Source of the DNA: Candidatus Bipolaricaulota bacterium
GTDB taxonomy: Bacteria > Patescibacteriota > Patescibacteriia > UBA11705 > DATKZF01
Direction of reading: 5' to 3'
Length of the DNA: 64,000 nt
Assembly (NCBI GenBank): GCA_035528115.1
Contig: DATKZF010000002.1
Location: forward strand, 69,751 to 133,750
Made by a program: the position numbers and the translations under genes. Below the pieces are notes generated by a model. That model was not told the origin of the DNA and ran no database searches. It saw only the letters and a list, made by a program, of their open reading frames with translations. Each line of letters opens with the position of its first letter. The first letter of the stretch is position 1. This document shows, one piece after another, positions 19,266-30,171 of the stretch.

Positions 19266-19326
19266 ACAAAAGACGGCTCGCCGCTCTCGAGCGACGGGCC
19301 GTCTTTTTATTTTCAGAAAGCTGAAT

Positions 19327-20046
19327 TTATCTGATTTTGCCAAAAGCTTTGGTTCCGTTAAAAACGGGATGCGTTTTATTGGCAAAATTATCAGCCAATT
19401 TGCTTTTAAGCAACTCCGAAACCCTATCCGCCTGATCGCTTGAAATTACGTTCTGATCCACCAATTCCTGCAAATCCGACCTGAAATCAATCGCGAAATT
19501 ATCGCGAGGACCTTTCATTTCGCCTATTTGCGGAGCTGAAGATATTTTATCGTATTGCTCCCGCGTAATGGACCCTGATGAAAGCAAATCCTGCAAATGC
19601 GCGGTTTGAATGGCCTTTCTTCTCTCGGCCATTTTGTCATGAAACTCCTGAGCCGTGAAGCCCGCTTGTTTGACCAAATCCGGCAATTTGGAGCCATTGT
19701 CAAGCGCGTCTTTTAATTCAACAACGGAAATGTCCAGCAATTCAGCCTGAGCGGCTAGAATTTTGTCCTTAAGCTCCGTGTCCCACTTGGCGGCTTGCTC
19801 CATTTTAGCCAATTTATCAATCATCTCTTGCTGAGTAATTTTTCCGGCCGTCACCATGTCTTCAAGTTTTGCTTGAAAACCTTCCAATGTTTGATCACCC
19901 AAATTCTTATTCAATCTCATGCCCAGGCCATCTTTGGAATCCTGCGCGAACATCATGGCGTCATCGAACGCCAAAGCGTTCGTTGAAAAAAGCAAGACGA
20001 AAAGCACGGAAGATGAAACGACCAACTTAATTTTTTGTTTTTTCAT
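19327..20046 (-). CDS. secreted hypothetical helical protein
   Basis: Signal peptide MKKQ...ALA; repeated G.IT..Q motifs. Confidence 0.7.
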   Translation of the reverse strand: MKKQKIKLVVSSSVLFVLLFSTNALAFDDAMMFAQDSKDGLGMRLNKNLGDQTLEGFQAKLEDMVTAGKITQQEMIDKLAKMEQAAKWDTELKDKILAAQAELLDISVVELKDALDNGSKLPDLVKQAGFTAQEFHDKMAERRKAIQTAHLQDLLSSGSITREQYDKISSAPQIGEMKGPRDNFAIDFRSDLQELVDQNVISSDQADRVSELLKSKLADNFANKTHPVFNGTKAFGKIR

Positions 20047-20209
20047 AAATCCATGACGAACCGATCTGAACGCTTCGAGAATTATTATCCGCAAAGACGC
20101 GATCAGCCGCCAATTTTTATTATTAAACATCTCGAGATTTTCGCAACTGTTTAATAATACAAAAACGCGGCATTTTTATTTCACCCGCGTTTTTCCGCCA
20201 TATTTTGAT

Positions 20210-20911
20210 TTATCTTTGAATCTTGATGACGTCGCTGTATGTTGATTCCAATTCGCTTAAAAAACTCTCCGACCAATCCCCTTCCGCTTTGGCGATATAG
20301 ACCGTTTTTTCTTCACTCTCCGCGAAATTTATATCATAAGAAGCGAAGGATTGCGATAATTGCTCCGGATAATACGCCGTCTTGTAACAAATTCGCCAAA
20401 TCGGCGGCTCCATGGCATTCAATTCTTTAACATCATCTTCCGCCTTTAAAAAAATCAGCGTTTTTTCTCTGTCTTCCACGCCGATATTTATGTCAAAACA
20501 ATTTTTTGCGGCCAAATCCGATATTTTAAGATCCGCGGACGCGTCGATATCCGATAAAAAGTCTTTGATATTATTATAAGTCTCGGCGGGATTTTCTTTT
20601 AAAAAGTATTCCGAAAAATAAATACCCGGCGCCAGCGCTTCCTCGGCCGGCGCCTCTGACGCTTTAACCTTGACCTTGATGGCCTCGGCCAATTGCATTA
20701 GTTTGAATCTATAAAAAGGATTGTTTTCCTGATTCGTGGCGAATTGATAAAATTGCTCGGCCGGATCCTCGGCATCGGGATTTTCAGGTTTATTGAGATT
20801 GGCGAAATAAATCACAAAACCGGCGATAAAAATCACCACCACACCGATCAAATAAATATTGTCTCTTTTTCCGTCGTTTTTTTTATCTCTTTTTGACCAC
20901 ATAAAAATCAT
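20210..20911 (-). CDS. membrane-anchored hypothetical protein
   Basis: N-terminal TM; ATGA overlap with the upstream gene. Confidence 0.7.
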   Translation of the reverse strand: MIFMWSKRDKKNDGKRDNIYLIGVVVIFIAGFVIYFANLNKPENPDAEDPAEQFYQFATNQENNPFYRFKLMQLAEAIKVKVKASEAPAEEALAPGIYFSEYFLKENPAETYNNIKDFLSDIDASADLKISDLAAKNCFDINIGVEDREKTLIFLKAEDDVKELNAMEPPIWRICYKTAYYPEQLSQSFASYDINFAESEEKTVYIAKAEGDWSESFLSELESTYSDVIKIQR

Positions 20912-21987
20912 TGATACTCCGCCTCTTGATAATTATCGGGAACTATATTAATCCATGTTCTGCCGCGATTCATTTGAAATTCTTCTCCACTCTCATCGAA
21001 AAAGCTCAAACGATCCTGATTTGATTCTTTTTTCCAAACGCCGGGTTTGGCCAAACCGTCTTGGAACAACACCGCTTGTCCGCTCCCTACGGTTTGAGTG
21101 CGCAACCGGCCGTAATCGTCAATGACGGCAACCTCCGCGTAAACCACGACCACGTTTTTGGCGCTAAGGCTTTGACCGGCAAGCGTCCGATATATTTTTC
21201 CGGATTGAAATCTCAAATAACCGTTATCCAAAGGATCATATTCCCAAATCACGTCATAATTGTAAGCGTTGTAATGCACTGTCACCGATTGCGAAATCGG
21301 ACGATCGTTTTTATCCGCATCGTCTTTGAACGGCCAAGCGTCGAATTCTTCTCCGTCATCCCATTCGTTGTTTCTGCGCGCGTCCCTTAAAAGCTCCGTC
21401 GAAGTATAGACGTTATGCGGCGCGTATCTATCCGCTGAGCGCCAAAAGTATCTGCCATTATAAAATTGATCCAAATTTTTCACCTCAGCCGAGCCGAGCT
21501 GATCGAGCGCTTGCGGACTGCCGCCGACGTGGGCATAGACCGCGTCGAACTCTTCCGCCCAATTTATGTAATAAGGCCGCGCCGACCTGACCGGACCGAT
21601 TTGGGAAACTTCGGCCATGCCCGGAAATATCGCCAAAAACCTGGTAATCGCGCCCTCGGCCACCGCTTCGAAAACAATGCTGGCTTGATCGATTCCGGAC
21701 ACGGGACGGGCATCGATATTATTTTCCACCATGACGCCGAACGGACGAAGTGTCATCGAATCTTTATTTTCCAAACAAACTCCATCGAGCGGACTTTGGT
21801 ACTCGCAATCCGCCGTCAAATCAGCCTTTTCTTTTTTTTCAGACGGCTCAACGGATTCCGTCGAAGACAACGCCGGCGGAATCAAATAAAAAACGCCGAT
21901 GGCGATCAACAGCGCTCCGCCGTATACCAACAACCAAACAATATCTTTATTTCGATACCATTTTTCTTCCGATTTTTTCATATGCAA
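20908..21987 (-). CDS. DUF3048 (YerB-like) protein
   Basis: VMVEN..DARP.SG, AEGAITRF, GPVRSARPY, APHNVY. Confidence 0.9.
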   Translation of the reverse strand: MHMKKSEEKWYRNKDIVWLLVYGGALLIAIGVFYLIPPALSSTESVEPSEKKEKADLTADCEYQSPLDGVCLENKDSMTLRPFGVMVENNIDARPVSGIDQASIVFEAVAEGAITRFLAIFPGMAEVSQIGPVRSARPYYINWAEEFDAVYAHVGGSPQALDQLGSAEVKNLDQFYNGRYFWRSADRYAPHNVYTSTELLRDARRNNEWDDGEEFDAWPFKDDADKNDRPISQSVTVHYNAYNYDVIWEYDPLDNGYLRFQSGKIYRTLAGQSLSAKNVVVVYAEVAVIDDYGRLRTQTVGSGQAVLFQDGLAKPGVWKKESNQDRLSFFDESGEEFQMNRGRTWINIVPDNYQEAEYQ

Positions 21988-22063
21988 AAAATAAAAGCGT
22001 CCATTAAAGACACTTTTATTCTATCATATTTTTTTAAATAACGCATTGGGTCAAACGTTTCAA

Positions 22064-22762
22064 TTATTTACCGGACGATCCTTTTTCTTTTCCTTTCTCA
22101 TTTTCTTTCTCCCCTTCCTCTTCCTTTTCCTTTTCACCGGCCACTTCAACCTTCTTCATTTCATCTTCCAAAACAGCGGCAGTTTCAACTTTTTCTTCTT
22201 CAGGCTCGGTGACAAACACAACGACATCATCCATTTTGTCCAAAACCTCTATTTCCGCCGGCAGATTCAAATCTTTAACGTAAATCAAATCGTCAAAATT
22301 TTTCAACCCGCCAAGATCCACCTTCAACTCAGCCACCTTTTCAAGATCCGCGGGCAAACAACGGATCGAAAGACGATCGATATTTTTAATCACAATGCCG
22401 CCATAAGCTTTAACGACCGGCGCTTCATTGATAAATTCAATTTCAACCTCCGCTTCAATTTTTTGTCCGCGTTTGGTTTGATAAAAATCAACGCTCATCG
22501 GCGCGTCGCTCACCGAATCATAACTGATGTGTTTGATCAAAACTTCAATAGGCTTCGCTGAACCGGCGATATTGAGTTCGATCAAACCGCTTTCTCCGAT
22601 CTTGTCGTACACTTTATCCAATTCCCTTCGATCGATTGAAACCAGTTTGTTCTCTTTTAATTCCGGTCCATAAATAACGCCCGGAACGAGATTATTCTTC
22701 CTTAATGATTTGACTTTTTTACCCGTCAATTCTCGATTTTCGACGGCCAGCGCGTATGGCAT
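22064..22762 (-). CDS. rplY: 50S ribosomal protein L25 (Ctc type)
   Basis: LRK...VPGVIYG, VDFY, acidic tail. Confidence 0.93.
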   Translation of the reverse strand: MPYALAVENRELTGKKVKSLRKNNLVPGVIYGPELKENKLVSIDRRELDKVYDKIGESGLIELNIAGSAKPIEVLIKHISYDSVSDAPMSVDFYQTKRGQKIEAEVEIEFINEAPVVKAYGGIVIKNIDRLSIRCLPADLEKVAELKVDLGGLKNFDDLIYVKDLNLPAEIEVLDKMDDVVVFVTEPEEEKVETAAVLEDEMKKVEVAGEKEKEEEGEKENEKGKEKGSSGK

Positions 22763-22764
22763 AA

Positions 22765-23088
22765 TTATTTCTTTATTATTTCTAAAAATTTGTTCGAATT
22801 ATTAATCTTCTCTCTGATATCCAAAACCTCATCGGCGCTCACCGGATTGCCCCGCAAATATTTCAGCGCCTCTTCACTATCCAATTCAGTGACCAGACCG
22901 ACACTGCTTATACCCTTGGCTCCGGCGATAATCAACACCAGCAAACAATTTTTACATTTCCTGCATTGCAAATGAAGCAAATGCGCGTTTTCCTTTTCAT
23001 CGACAACATTTATCTCCGAAGGGTAATAAACCGCTTTGCAAACCGGGCAATTGCTGATTATTTTTAATGAAGAATTTTGTGATAACAT
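22765..23088 (-). CDS. small zinc-binding hypothetical protein
   Basis: CPVC...CRKC; AAGGAG SD. Confidence 0.7.
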   Translation of the reverse strand: MLSQNSSLKIISNCPVCKAVYYPSEINVVDEKENAHLLHLQCRKCKNCLLVLIIAGAKGISSVGLVTELDSEEALKYLRGNPVSADEVLDIREKINNSNKFLEIIKK

Positions 23089-23142
23089 ACTCTCCTTATT
23101 GAACAAGCATAACTTAAAAAAATAAATCAGTCAAGCGAATAA

Positions 23143-24240
23143 TTACTTATCGCTGCGCACGATAATGCTCTCGCCAACGCCCAAAATTGCCAAACTTATC
23201 AATAAAAAGCTGCCTCCGGAGCTCAGCAAAGGCAAAGAAATTCCGGTCACCGGCACCATGCCCATATTCATGCCTATATTAACGAAAATATGAAAAAAGA
23301 ATAATACGGTGATTCCGAGCAACGCGAACATGGCAAAGTCATTCGGCGCTTTTTTGGCCGCGATAACCAAACGGTAAAAAATCACGCCCCACAGCCCCAA
23401 CACCAGAAAAACTCCAAAAAAGCCAAGCTCTTCGGCAATAACCGCAAAAATGAAATCCGTCTGGCTCTCGGGTATAAAACGCAATTGGCTTTGCGAGCCG
23501 AAACCCAGCCCCCTACCCAAGAATTGCCCGGAACCGACGGCGATCATTGACTGAGCCACATTATAACCGCTGCCGAGCGGGTCGTTCTCCGGATGCATGA
23601 AAGTGAAAATCCTGTCTTTTTGATAATCCTTTAAAACGAAAAGCCAGCTCGACATAGAGATAACGCAAACAGCCAAAAGCAACACGGCAATATATCTTTT
23701 CTTCACTCCGGTCGTCAAAAGCAACACGAACCAAATGGCGACAAGCACCATCGCCGAGCCCAAATCCGGCTGAAGCAATATCAACATCACAAAAATCAAA
23801 ACGCCGGCCAAACTGACGATCACATGTTTTAATTGATTGAAATGCTGGTATCGATTGCTGAAAAATTTAGCCAAGAAAAAAATCAAAGCGATTTTCGCCA
23901 GCTCGACCGGCTGAAAACCGAAATTGCCAATGGCGAACCAACCGGTCGTGCCTCTGATATTCTCTCCGAAAATCAAAACCAAAAACAACAAAATCAAGGT
24001 TAAAATGTAAATCACGCGGCTGTATGAACGAAAAAAAATATAATTAAAAAAACTGAAAAAGAAAAAAACCGCCAAACCGATGCCCACGAAAATAAGCTGG
24101 CGATTGAATGCGGCCGCTCCCTCGCCTTCCTGATTCAAACTAACGCTGTAAATGGCGCTAAGCCCGAGCACGAGCAATAAAAAAATCGCCGTGAACAAAA
24201 TCCAGTCGAATTTTTTCAATTTTTGAATGATTCCGTACAT
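23143..24240 (-). CDS. rodA: rod shape-determining SEDS protein
   Basis: FQPVE, QPDLG, GYNVAQS..AVGSG, PESQTDFIF. Confidence 0.92.
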   Translation of the reverse strand: MYGIIQKLKKFDWILFTAIFLLLVLGLSAIYSVSLNQEGEGAAAFNRQLIFVGIGLAVFFFFSFFNYIFFRSYSRVIYILTLILLFLVLIFGENIRGTTGWFAIGNFGFQPVELAKIALIFFLAKFFSNRYQHFNQLKHVIVSLAGVLIFVMLILLQPDLGSAMVLVAIWFVLLLTTGVKKRYIAVLLLAVCVISMSSWLFVLKDYQKDRIFTFMHPENDPLGSGYNVAQSMIAVGSGQFLGRGLGFGSQSQLRFIPESQTDFIFAVIAEELGFFGVFLVLGLWGVIFYRLVIAAKKAPNDFAMFALLGITVLFFFHIFVNIGMNMGMVPVTGISLPLLSSGGSFLLISLAILGVGESIIVRSDK

Positions 24241-24325
24241 AATAACATCTTATGGCATCGGCGGCATTTTATCAATATTAAAAAAAACGCCTCAAAGAAA
24301 GCGTCGACTCAAAGTCAATTCGGCC

Positions 24326-25276
24326 TTATTTTTGCTCGCCGATAATTTCCTTAAACCCTTTGAAGGAATCCGGATTCAAAATATCGAGCTGGGGAATCAC
24401 GGACACTTTGTTTACGGCCGGCAAAATGCCCGGCCAATTTATGGTAATGTCCCGCTGCTCGAGCGAGTCCAAACTGTCCAGATGAAAAGTGTTGATCGCG
24501 CGAAGCTGCGTGCCGCCATACAATAAAATGATCAAATCCACGTCCCAATAATTTTGAGGAGAAGAATTTTTTATTTTGAATTTGACCTGATTGATCGGCT
24601 GGCTGCCTTCGATTCCCGATTGACCGGACGGCACGTACTCGACATCGGTGACATCAAATCTGAGCAACTCGTCTTGCAACAACTGGAAATTCGGTTCTTT
24701 TTTCCATTTGAGACTATCAATCACCAATTCAGCCGCCAGCCCGGACGCCGGCCGGCTTTGATTGAGTTCGGCGATATAAGTGACCGAACCCGGTAAAACA
24801 AAAGCTGTTTTCGTTTCCGTATTCTCATTGCCGAAGACAAAATGATATCTTAACTCTCTGACATACCAATTGTCGTTTAAGTTCGATACTTTCGACAGCA
24901 AGTCATAATTATCTTTCGCTTTAAGCACCTTAACATCATCTATCTCAATGCCGGAAGGAGTGCTTATCTGATCAATATAATTCCAATTCAAACTGACGGC
25001 TCTGGGCTGATACAATCTTTTATTGGCAGAATGACTTAACACATAATAATCCAGGACGCCCCACATTCCGTACAATAAAAACGCTCCGGCCACGGTTAAA
25101 AAGAAAATCAGAGCGATATTTTTTACCGTTGATTTGTTGCCGACCCACCAATAGCCGAATTGCAATCTCGAATCAACCTGTTGCCGGGGACTTTTGGAAT
25201 CGGCGATAACCTCTTTTTTTCCGGAGACCGCCATTGGCGGTTGTTTTTGCTTTCCGTTATTCACGAAAAATGGCAT
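24326..25276 (-). CDS. membrane-anchored beta-rich hypothetical protein
   Basis: 316 aa, one TM. Confidence 0.7.
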   Translation of the reverse strand: MPFFVNNGKQKQPPMAVSGKKEVIADSKSPRQQVDSRLQFGYWWVGNKSTVKNIALIFFLTVAGAFLLYGMWGVLDYYVLSHSANKRLYQPRAVSLNWNYIDQISTPSGIEIDDVKVLKAKDNYDLLSKVSNLNDNWYVRELRYHFVFGNENTETKTAFVLPGSVTYIAELNQSRPASGLAAELVIDSLKWKKEPNFQLLQDELLRFDVTDVEYVPSGQSGIEGSQPINQVKFKIKNSSPQNYWDVDLIILLYGGTQLRAINTFHLDSLDSLEQRDITINWPGILPAVNKVSVIPQLDILNPDSFKGFKEIIGEQK

Positions 25277-25483
25277 ATCAAATTTATTATAACATAATTT
25301 TATGTGAATGGTAATTGGTAATGGGTAATTTATAAGGCGGTAGCTTGTAGCTTCTTAGCTGGTTACAACCTAATAAGCTAAAAAGCTACAAGCTCTAATT
25401 CATTCTCCATCACAAAGCTCTTAACAATCCTCTCAATCTCTGCTATAATGTTCTTGTAGTAATTTTCATAAATCAGCATATTT

Positions 25484-27532
25484 ATGCCCCTAAAAAAACC
25501 TCCGGTAAAAACCAAAAACGACAACCAGAAAATATCCTATACGGCCGAACAAATCACTGTGCTTGAAGGCCTGGATCCGGTCAGAAAAAGACCGGGCATG
25601 TACATCGGCAATACGTCCAGCGAAGGTCTGCACCATTTAATTTGGGAAGTGGTGGACAATTCCATCGATGAAGCCATGGCCGGCTATTGCGATCATATCA
25701 TCGTCAGGATTTTGCCCGACAATATGATCGAGGTGACGGACAACGGCCGCGGCATTCCGGTTGATATTCACAAACAAACGAAAAAATCAGCGCTGGAAAC
25801 CGTCATGACCGTTTTGCACGCCGGCGGTAAATTCGGCCAAGGCGGGTATAAAGTATCGGGCGGCTTGCACGGCGTGGGCGTCAGCGTGGTTAACGCTCTT
25901 TCCAAATGGACCAAAGCCGAAGTAAAACGAGACGGTTATTTGTACGAGCAAGAATATAAAATCGGCAAACCGCAAAAAAACGTAAAGAAAGTCGGAGCCA
26001 TAAACAAACCATCCAAAATGGATCCCCTGGATCCGGGAGAATCTTTCGACCACGGCACGCGAATCACTTTCCAACCTGACGACACCATTTTCACGGAAAC
26101 CGAATTTAAGTGGGAAAAAATACTGAGCCATTTAAGACAACAAGCCTTCTTAACCAAAGGGGTTAAACTTACGATCATCGACATCAAGGATAAAAAAAAT
26201 CCCGGGCTTTATAATTTCTATTTTGAAGGTGGCATCGCGACCTATGTCAAAATGCTGAACAGAAACGACGAATCCAAACACGAAAATATTTTTTACGTCA
26301 ATAAAACCATGGATGAAATAGATGTAGAAATCGCTTTGCGCTATACGGCCGAATACCAAGAAACCGTGCTGGCCTTCACGAATAATATTCAAAATCCGGA
26401 AGGCGGCACTCATTTAATCGGCTTCAAAACAGGTTTGACGAGGACATTGAATTCATACGCCAGAAAACATAATATTTTGAAAGAAAAAGACGAGAATTTG
26501 ACCGGCGAAGACACGCGAGAAGGATTGACCGCCATTATCAATGTCAAAATAAAAGATCCGCAGTTTGAAGGACAAACCAAAGCCAAATTGGGCAATGCCG
26601 AAGTGCGGCCCGCGGTTGACACCGTTTTATCCGAAGCCTTGGAAACATTCCTTGAAGAACACCCAAGAGACGCCGAAGCTATTATCGGCAAAGCCTTGCT
26701 GGCAGCGCAAGCGCGTCGCGCATCCAGAGCGGCCAGAGAAACCGTTTTGAGAAAAGGCGTGCTCGACGGTTTTGCCTTGCCCGGCAAACTGGCGGATTGC
26801 TCCAGCAGAAAAGCTGAAAATTGCGAAATCTTCATTGTTGAGGGAGACTCGGCCGGCGGCAGCGCCAAACAAGGCAGAAACAGGGAATTTCAAGCCATAC
26901 TCCCCTTGCGCGGAAAAATCATCAACGTTGAAAAAGCGCGGCTGGATAAAATATTGGCGAACACGGAAATCAAAGCCATGATTATCGCCATGGGCACCAA
27001 TGTCGGCGAACAATTTGATATTGAGAAACTAAGATACAATAAAATCGTCATCATGACCGATGCGGACGTGGACGGCGCTCATATCAGAACGCTGCTGCTC
27101 ACGTTATTTTATCGATACTTCCCGGAATTAATCACCAAAGGACATATTTTCATCGCCCAGCCGCCGCTTTTCAGCATCAAACGCGGCAAGGAGATGGTCT
27201 ATGTTTACACCGAACAAGAAAAAGATGCGGCCATAAGCCGCATGGCCAAAACCAAAGTCACGAGTAAAATAAAAGAAACGCCGGTCGCGGAAGACTCCTC
27301 AATCAACGAACAAGGCCTGACTATTCAGCGATACAAAGGTTTGGGAGAAATGAATCCGGATCAGCTGTGGCAGACAACCATGGACCCGGAGACCAGATTC
27401 ATGAAGCAAGTGATGATCGAAGACGCGGAAAAAGCCGATGAGATTTTCGACATTTTAATGGGTTCGGAGGTCGGCCCGAGAAAAAAATTCATTCAAACCC
27501 ACGCCAAATCCGTGGAAAATCTTGATATTTAA
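25484..27532 (+). CDS. gyrB: DNA gyrase subunit B
   Basis: VRKRPGMYIG, GGLHGVG, VEGDSAGG, MTDADVDG, QRYKGLGEM. Confidence 0.98.
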   Translation: MPLKKPPVKTKNDNQKISYTAEQITVLEGLDPVRKRPGMYIGNTSSEGLHHLIWEVVDNSIDEAMAGYCDHIIVRILPDNMIEVTDNGRGIPVDIHKQTKKSALETVMTVLHAGGKFGQGGYKVSGGLHGVGVSVVNALSKWTKAEVKRDGYLYEQEYKIGKPQKNVKKVGAINKPSKMDPLDPGESFDHGTRITFQPDDTIFTETEFKWEKILSHLRQQAFLTKGVKLTIIDIKDKKNPGLYNFYFEGGIATYVKMLNRNDESKHENIFYVNKTMDEIDVEIALRYTAEYQETVLAFTNNIQNPEGGTHLIGFKTGLTRTLNSYARKHNILKEKDENLTGEDTREGLTAIINVKIKDPQFEGQTKAKLGNAEVRPAVDTVLSEALETFLEEHPRDAEAIIGKALLAAQARRASRAARETVLRKGVLDGFALPGKLADCSSRKAENCEIFIVEGDSAGGSAKQGRNREFQAILPLRGKIINVEKARLDKILANTEIKAMIIAMGTNVGEQFDIEKLRYNKIVIMTDADVDGAHIRTLLLTLFYRYFPELITKGHIFIAQPPLFSIKRGKEMVYVYTEQEKDAAISRMAKTKVTSKIKETPVAEDSSINEQGLTIQRYKGLGEMNPDQLWQTTMDPETRFMKQVMIEDAEKADEIFDILMGSEVGPRKKFIQTHAKSVENLDI

Positions 27533-27539
27533 GATAATA

Positions 27540-27563
27540 AGCCCGTCGTAAAATGACGGGCTC
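27540..27563 (+). terminator. hairpin after gyrB
   Basis: AGCCCGTC-GTAAAAT-GACGGGCT. Confidence 0.55.
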
Positions 27564-27729
27564 ATGCTTATAAAAAACGTTTTATTTGACCACTTGCGCT
27601 AATTGATAAATTAGTGTATAGTAAAAGCATCAAAAATAGCCGGTCAAAAGGCTATTTTTAAGACCAAAAAATAATCAAACAACCCAGCCGCGAAAAGAAG
27701 TGTCTTTTCCAAGCTGATAATCAACCCAT

Positions 27730-27918
27730 ATGGAAAAAACCAATCGACTCGTACAATATTTGAAAGAGTCAAAAACGGAAATGAAAAAAGTATCATGGCC
27801 CACCAAAAAGGAAACCATGAAACACACCATGATCGTCATCGGCGTCAGCTTGGGCGTGGCCTTGTTTTTGGGAGCCCTGGATTTTTTATTTTCCTGGGCA
27901 ATCGGTTTATTCCTTTAA
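27730..27918 (+). CDS. secE: preprotein translocase SecE
   Basis: EMKKVSWPT; upstream of nusG. Confidence 0.95.
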   Translation: MEKTNRLVQYLKESKTEMKKVSWPTKKETMKHTMIVIGVSLGVALFLGALDFLFSWAIGLFL

Positions 27919-27946
27919 TCATCGCGAATAATAAATCATTAAACAT

Positions 27947-28489
27947 ATGCCAAAACAAATAGACCGAGGACGTAATTGGTACGTGATTCATACTTACTCC
28001 GGGTATGAAGAAAATGTGGCGGAAAATCTTCAGCAAAGAATCGAATCCATGGATATAGAAGACAAGATTTTCAACATCCTCATTCCCACGGAGAAAAAAA
28101 TAAAAATCAAAAACGGCAAACGAAAAATCGTGACGGAAAAAATATTCCCGGGCTATGTGATGGTGGAAATGATCGTTACCGATGACTCTTGGTATGTCGT
28201 CCGCAATACGCCGAACGTCACCGGTTTTATCGGCACTGGCAATACGCCGACTCCGGTTTCTGAAGCGGAAATCAAAGGTTTGAAAAAACGAATGGGCGTG
28301 TCCGATCCAAAATATAAAATTCCTTTTTCCGCCGGCGATCCGGTTAAAATCGTTGATGGTCCGTTCAAAGGATTTGACGGCAAAGTCGATGAAATTAATG
28401 AAGAAAAAGGCAAGGTTAAAGTTCTGGTATCCATGTTCGGCCGCGAAACTCCCGTGGAACTTGACTCTCTGCAAATAAAGGAGGTATAG
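27947..28489 (+). CDS. nusG: transcription elongation factor NusG
   Basis: WYVIHTYSGYE, FPGYV, MFGRETPVEL. Confidence 0.98.
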   Translation: MPKQIDRGRNWYVIHTYSGYEENVAENLQQRIESMDIEDKIFNILIPTEKKIKIKNGKRKIVTEKIFPGYVMVEMIVTDDSWYVVRNTPNVTGFIGTGNTPTPVSEAEIKGLKKRMGVSDPKYKIPFSAGDPVKIVDGPFKGFDGKVDEINEEKGKVKVLVSMFGRETPVELDSLQIKEV

Positions 28490-28554
28490 TATTTTATCAT
28501 GGAGCACGTAACACGTATCACATATCACGTAACATGGAGCATTTTTACAAATTA

Positions 28555-28861
28555 CATTCACCTATAGCTTTATACCTAAGAATATTGTAATTCGTAACAA
28601 ATAACCTGAAAGCTAAATAGAATATTGTAATTCGTAACAAAATTATTAAACAATAAACCAAGGCTAGCTAACTAGCCGCAATAATTTGTAACGCAACGTA
28701 AACGTATTTGTAATTATTCGTAATAAAAGATTAACAATAAACCAAGGCTAGCTAACTAGCCGTAATAATTTGTAACGTAAACGTAAACGTATTTGTAATT
28801 ATTCGTAATAAACGATTAAAAATAAACCAAGGCTAGCTAACTAGCCGTAATAATTTGTAAC
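28555..28861 (+). repeat. composite repeat block: two 40-bp units plus about 2.5 units of 84-85 bp
   Basis: AATATTGTAATTCGTAACAA at 28581 and 28621; AATAAACCAAGGCTAGCTAACTAGCCG at 28652, 28736, 28821. Confidence 0.92.
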
Positions 28862-28863
28862 AT

Positions 28864-29286
28864 ATGGCGAAGGAATTAATCACTAAAATCAAACTGCAAA
28901 TACCGGCGGGCAAAGCCAACCCCGCTCCCCCTGTCGGTCCGGCTCTCGGACAACACGGTTTGAATATCCAAGATTTCTGCAACAGATTCAATGAAGCCAC
29001 CAAAGAAAAAGGCGGCGACATCATCCCCGTGGAAATTTCCGTGTATAAAGATAGAACTTTTGACTTTATCCTGAAAACGCCTCCGGCCTCCACTTTAATC
29101 ATGAAAGCGGCGGGCATTAAAAAAGGCGCCAAAAATCCGTTGACTGATAAAGCAGGAAAAATCACCAAAGAACAAGTGCGACAAATCGCCGAAACGAAAC
29201 TGCCCGATCTAAACACAGACAATGTGGACAACGCCATGAAAACCATCGCGGGCACGGCCAGACAAATGGGCGTTAAAGTCGAATAA
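28864..29286 (+). CDS. rplK: 50S ribosomal protein L11
   Basis: [14 protein letters not shown]. Confidence 0.98.
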   Translation: MAKELITKIKLQIPAGKANPAPPVGPALGQHGLNIQDFCNRFNEATKEKGGDIIPVEISVYKDRTFDFILKTPPASTLIMKAAGIKKGAKNPLTDKAGKITKEQVRQIAETKLPDLNTDNVDNAMKTIAGTARQMGVKVE

Positions 29287-29299
29287 TATAATTAATTAA

Positions 29300-29336
29300 G
29301 TGGGAGTTTCGCCGTTGCGCGAAACGATCGCACCAC
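29300..29336 (+). promoter_or_regulatory. putative L1 autoregulatory leader
   Basis: GTGGGAG...hairpin...ACCAC directly before rplA, matching the L1-binding site pattern. Confidence 0.6.
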
Positions 29337-29346
29337 AACAACAAAT

Positions 29347-30030
29347 ATGTCCAGATCAAAAAAATATCTCGCGTTAAAGGAGAAAATCGACATCGACAAA
29401 ACCTATTCCGTCGAAGAAGGCATGAAATTGGTTAAAGAAACGGCGCAAAGCAACTTCGACTCGAGCATTGAAATCCACTTAAGATTGGGAATCGATCCGA
29501 AAAAGGGAGAACAGCAAGTTCGCGGCACTGTGGTGCTGCCTCACGGCATCGGCAAAAAGATCAAAGTGGCGGTCTTCGCCGAAGGAGATGACGCCAAAGA
29601 AGCCAAGGGCGCGGACGCGGATTTCGTCTACAGCGAAGAAGATATCAATGAATTGAAAAAAACGGGTAAAATAGAATTCGATATCGCGGTAGCCCCGCCT
29701 TCAATGATGAAAAAGCTGGCGGTCATCGCGAAAATGCTGGGTCAAAAAGGTTTGATGCCGAGCCCCAAGAACGAAACGGTCACGCCGAATGTCGCCAAGG
29801 CGGTCAAAGAATTGAAAGGCGGCAAAATCGCCTTTAAAAATGACGACACGGGCAATCTGCATCAGCTCATCGGCAAAGCTTCTTTTGACGAAACCAAACT
29901 TATTGAAAATTACCGAAGCTTTATGAAAGCGGTGGCAGACTCGAAACCGGATGGAATCAAAGGAATCTTCATCAAAACGGCTTATCTGACTTCGACCATG
30001 GGACCGAGCGTGAAAGTGGAATTGAAATAA
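29347..30030 (+). CDS. rplA: 50S ribosomal protein L1
   Basis: QVRGTVVLPHG, GLMPSPK, STMGPS. Confidence 0.98.
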   Translation: MSRSKKYLALKEKIDIDKTYSVEEGMKLVKETAQSNFDSSIEIHLRLGIDPKKGEQQVRGTVVLPHGIGKKIKVAVFAEGDDAKEAKGADADFVYSEEDINELKKTGKIEFDIAVAPPSMMKKLAVIAKMLGQKGLMPSPKNETVTPNVAKAVKELKGGKIAFKNDDTGNLHQLIGKASFDETKLIENYRSFMKAVADSKPDGIKGIFIKTAYLTSTMGPSVKVELK

Positions 30031-30035
30031 TTTCG

Positions 30036-30060
30036 AAAACCGGCGCAAGCCGGTTTTTTT
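30036..30060 (+). terminator. intrinsic terminator
   Basis: AAAACCGGC-GCAA-GCCGGTTTTTTT. Confidence 0.8.
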
Positions 30061-30171
30061 ATATATCGACAAAGACTATAATCTCGATTTGTTTATAGCT
30101 CTGAATCTCTCAATAAGTATTTAAAAACTCTCACACAACATAGCTATGCGAGAGTTTGAACTCTTAAGAGA

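Noticed and set aside
28555-28861. CRISPR array
   Set aside because: Intervening sequences are near-identical rather than unique spacers; only 2-3 units; no cas genes.
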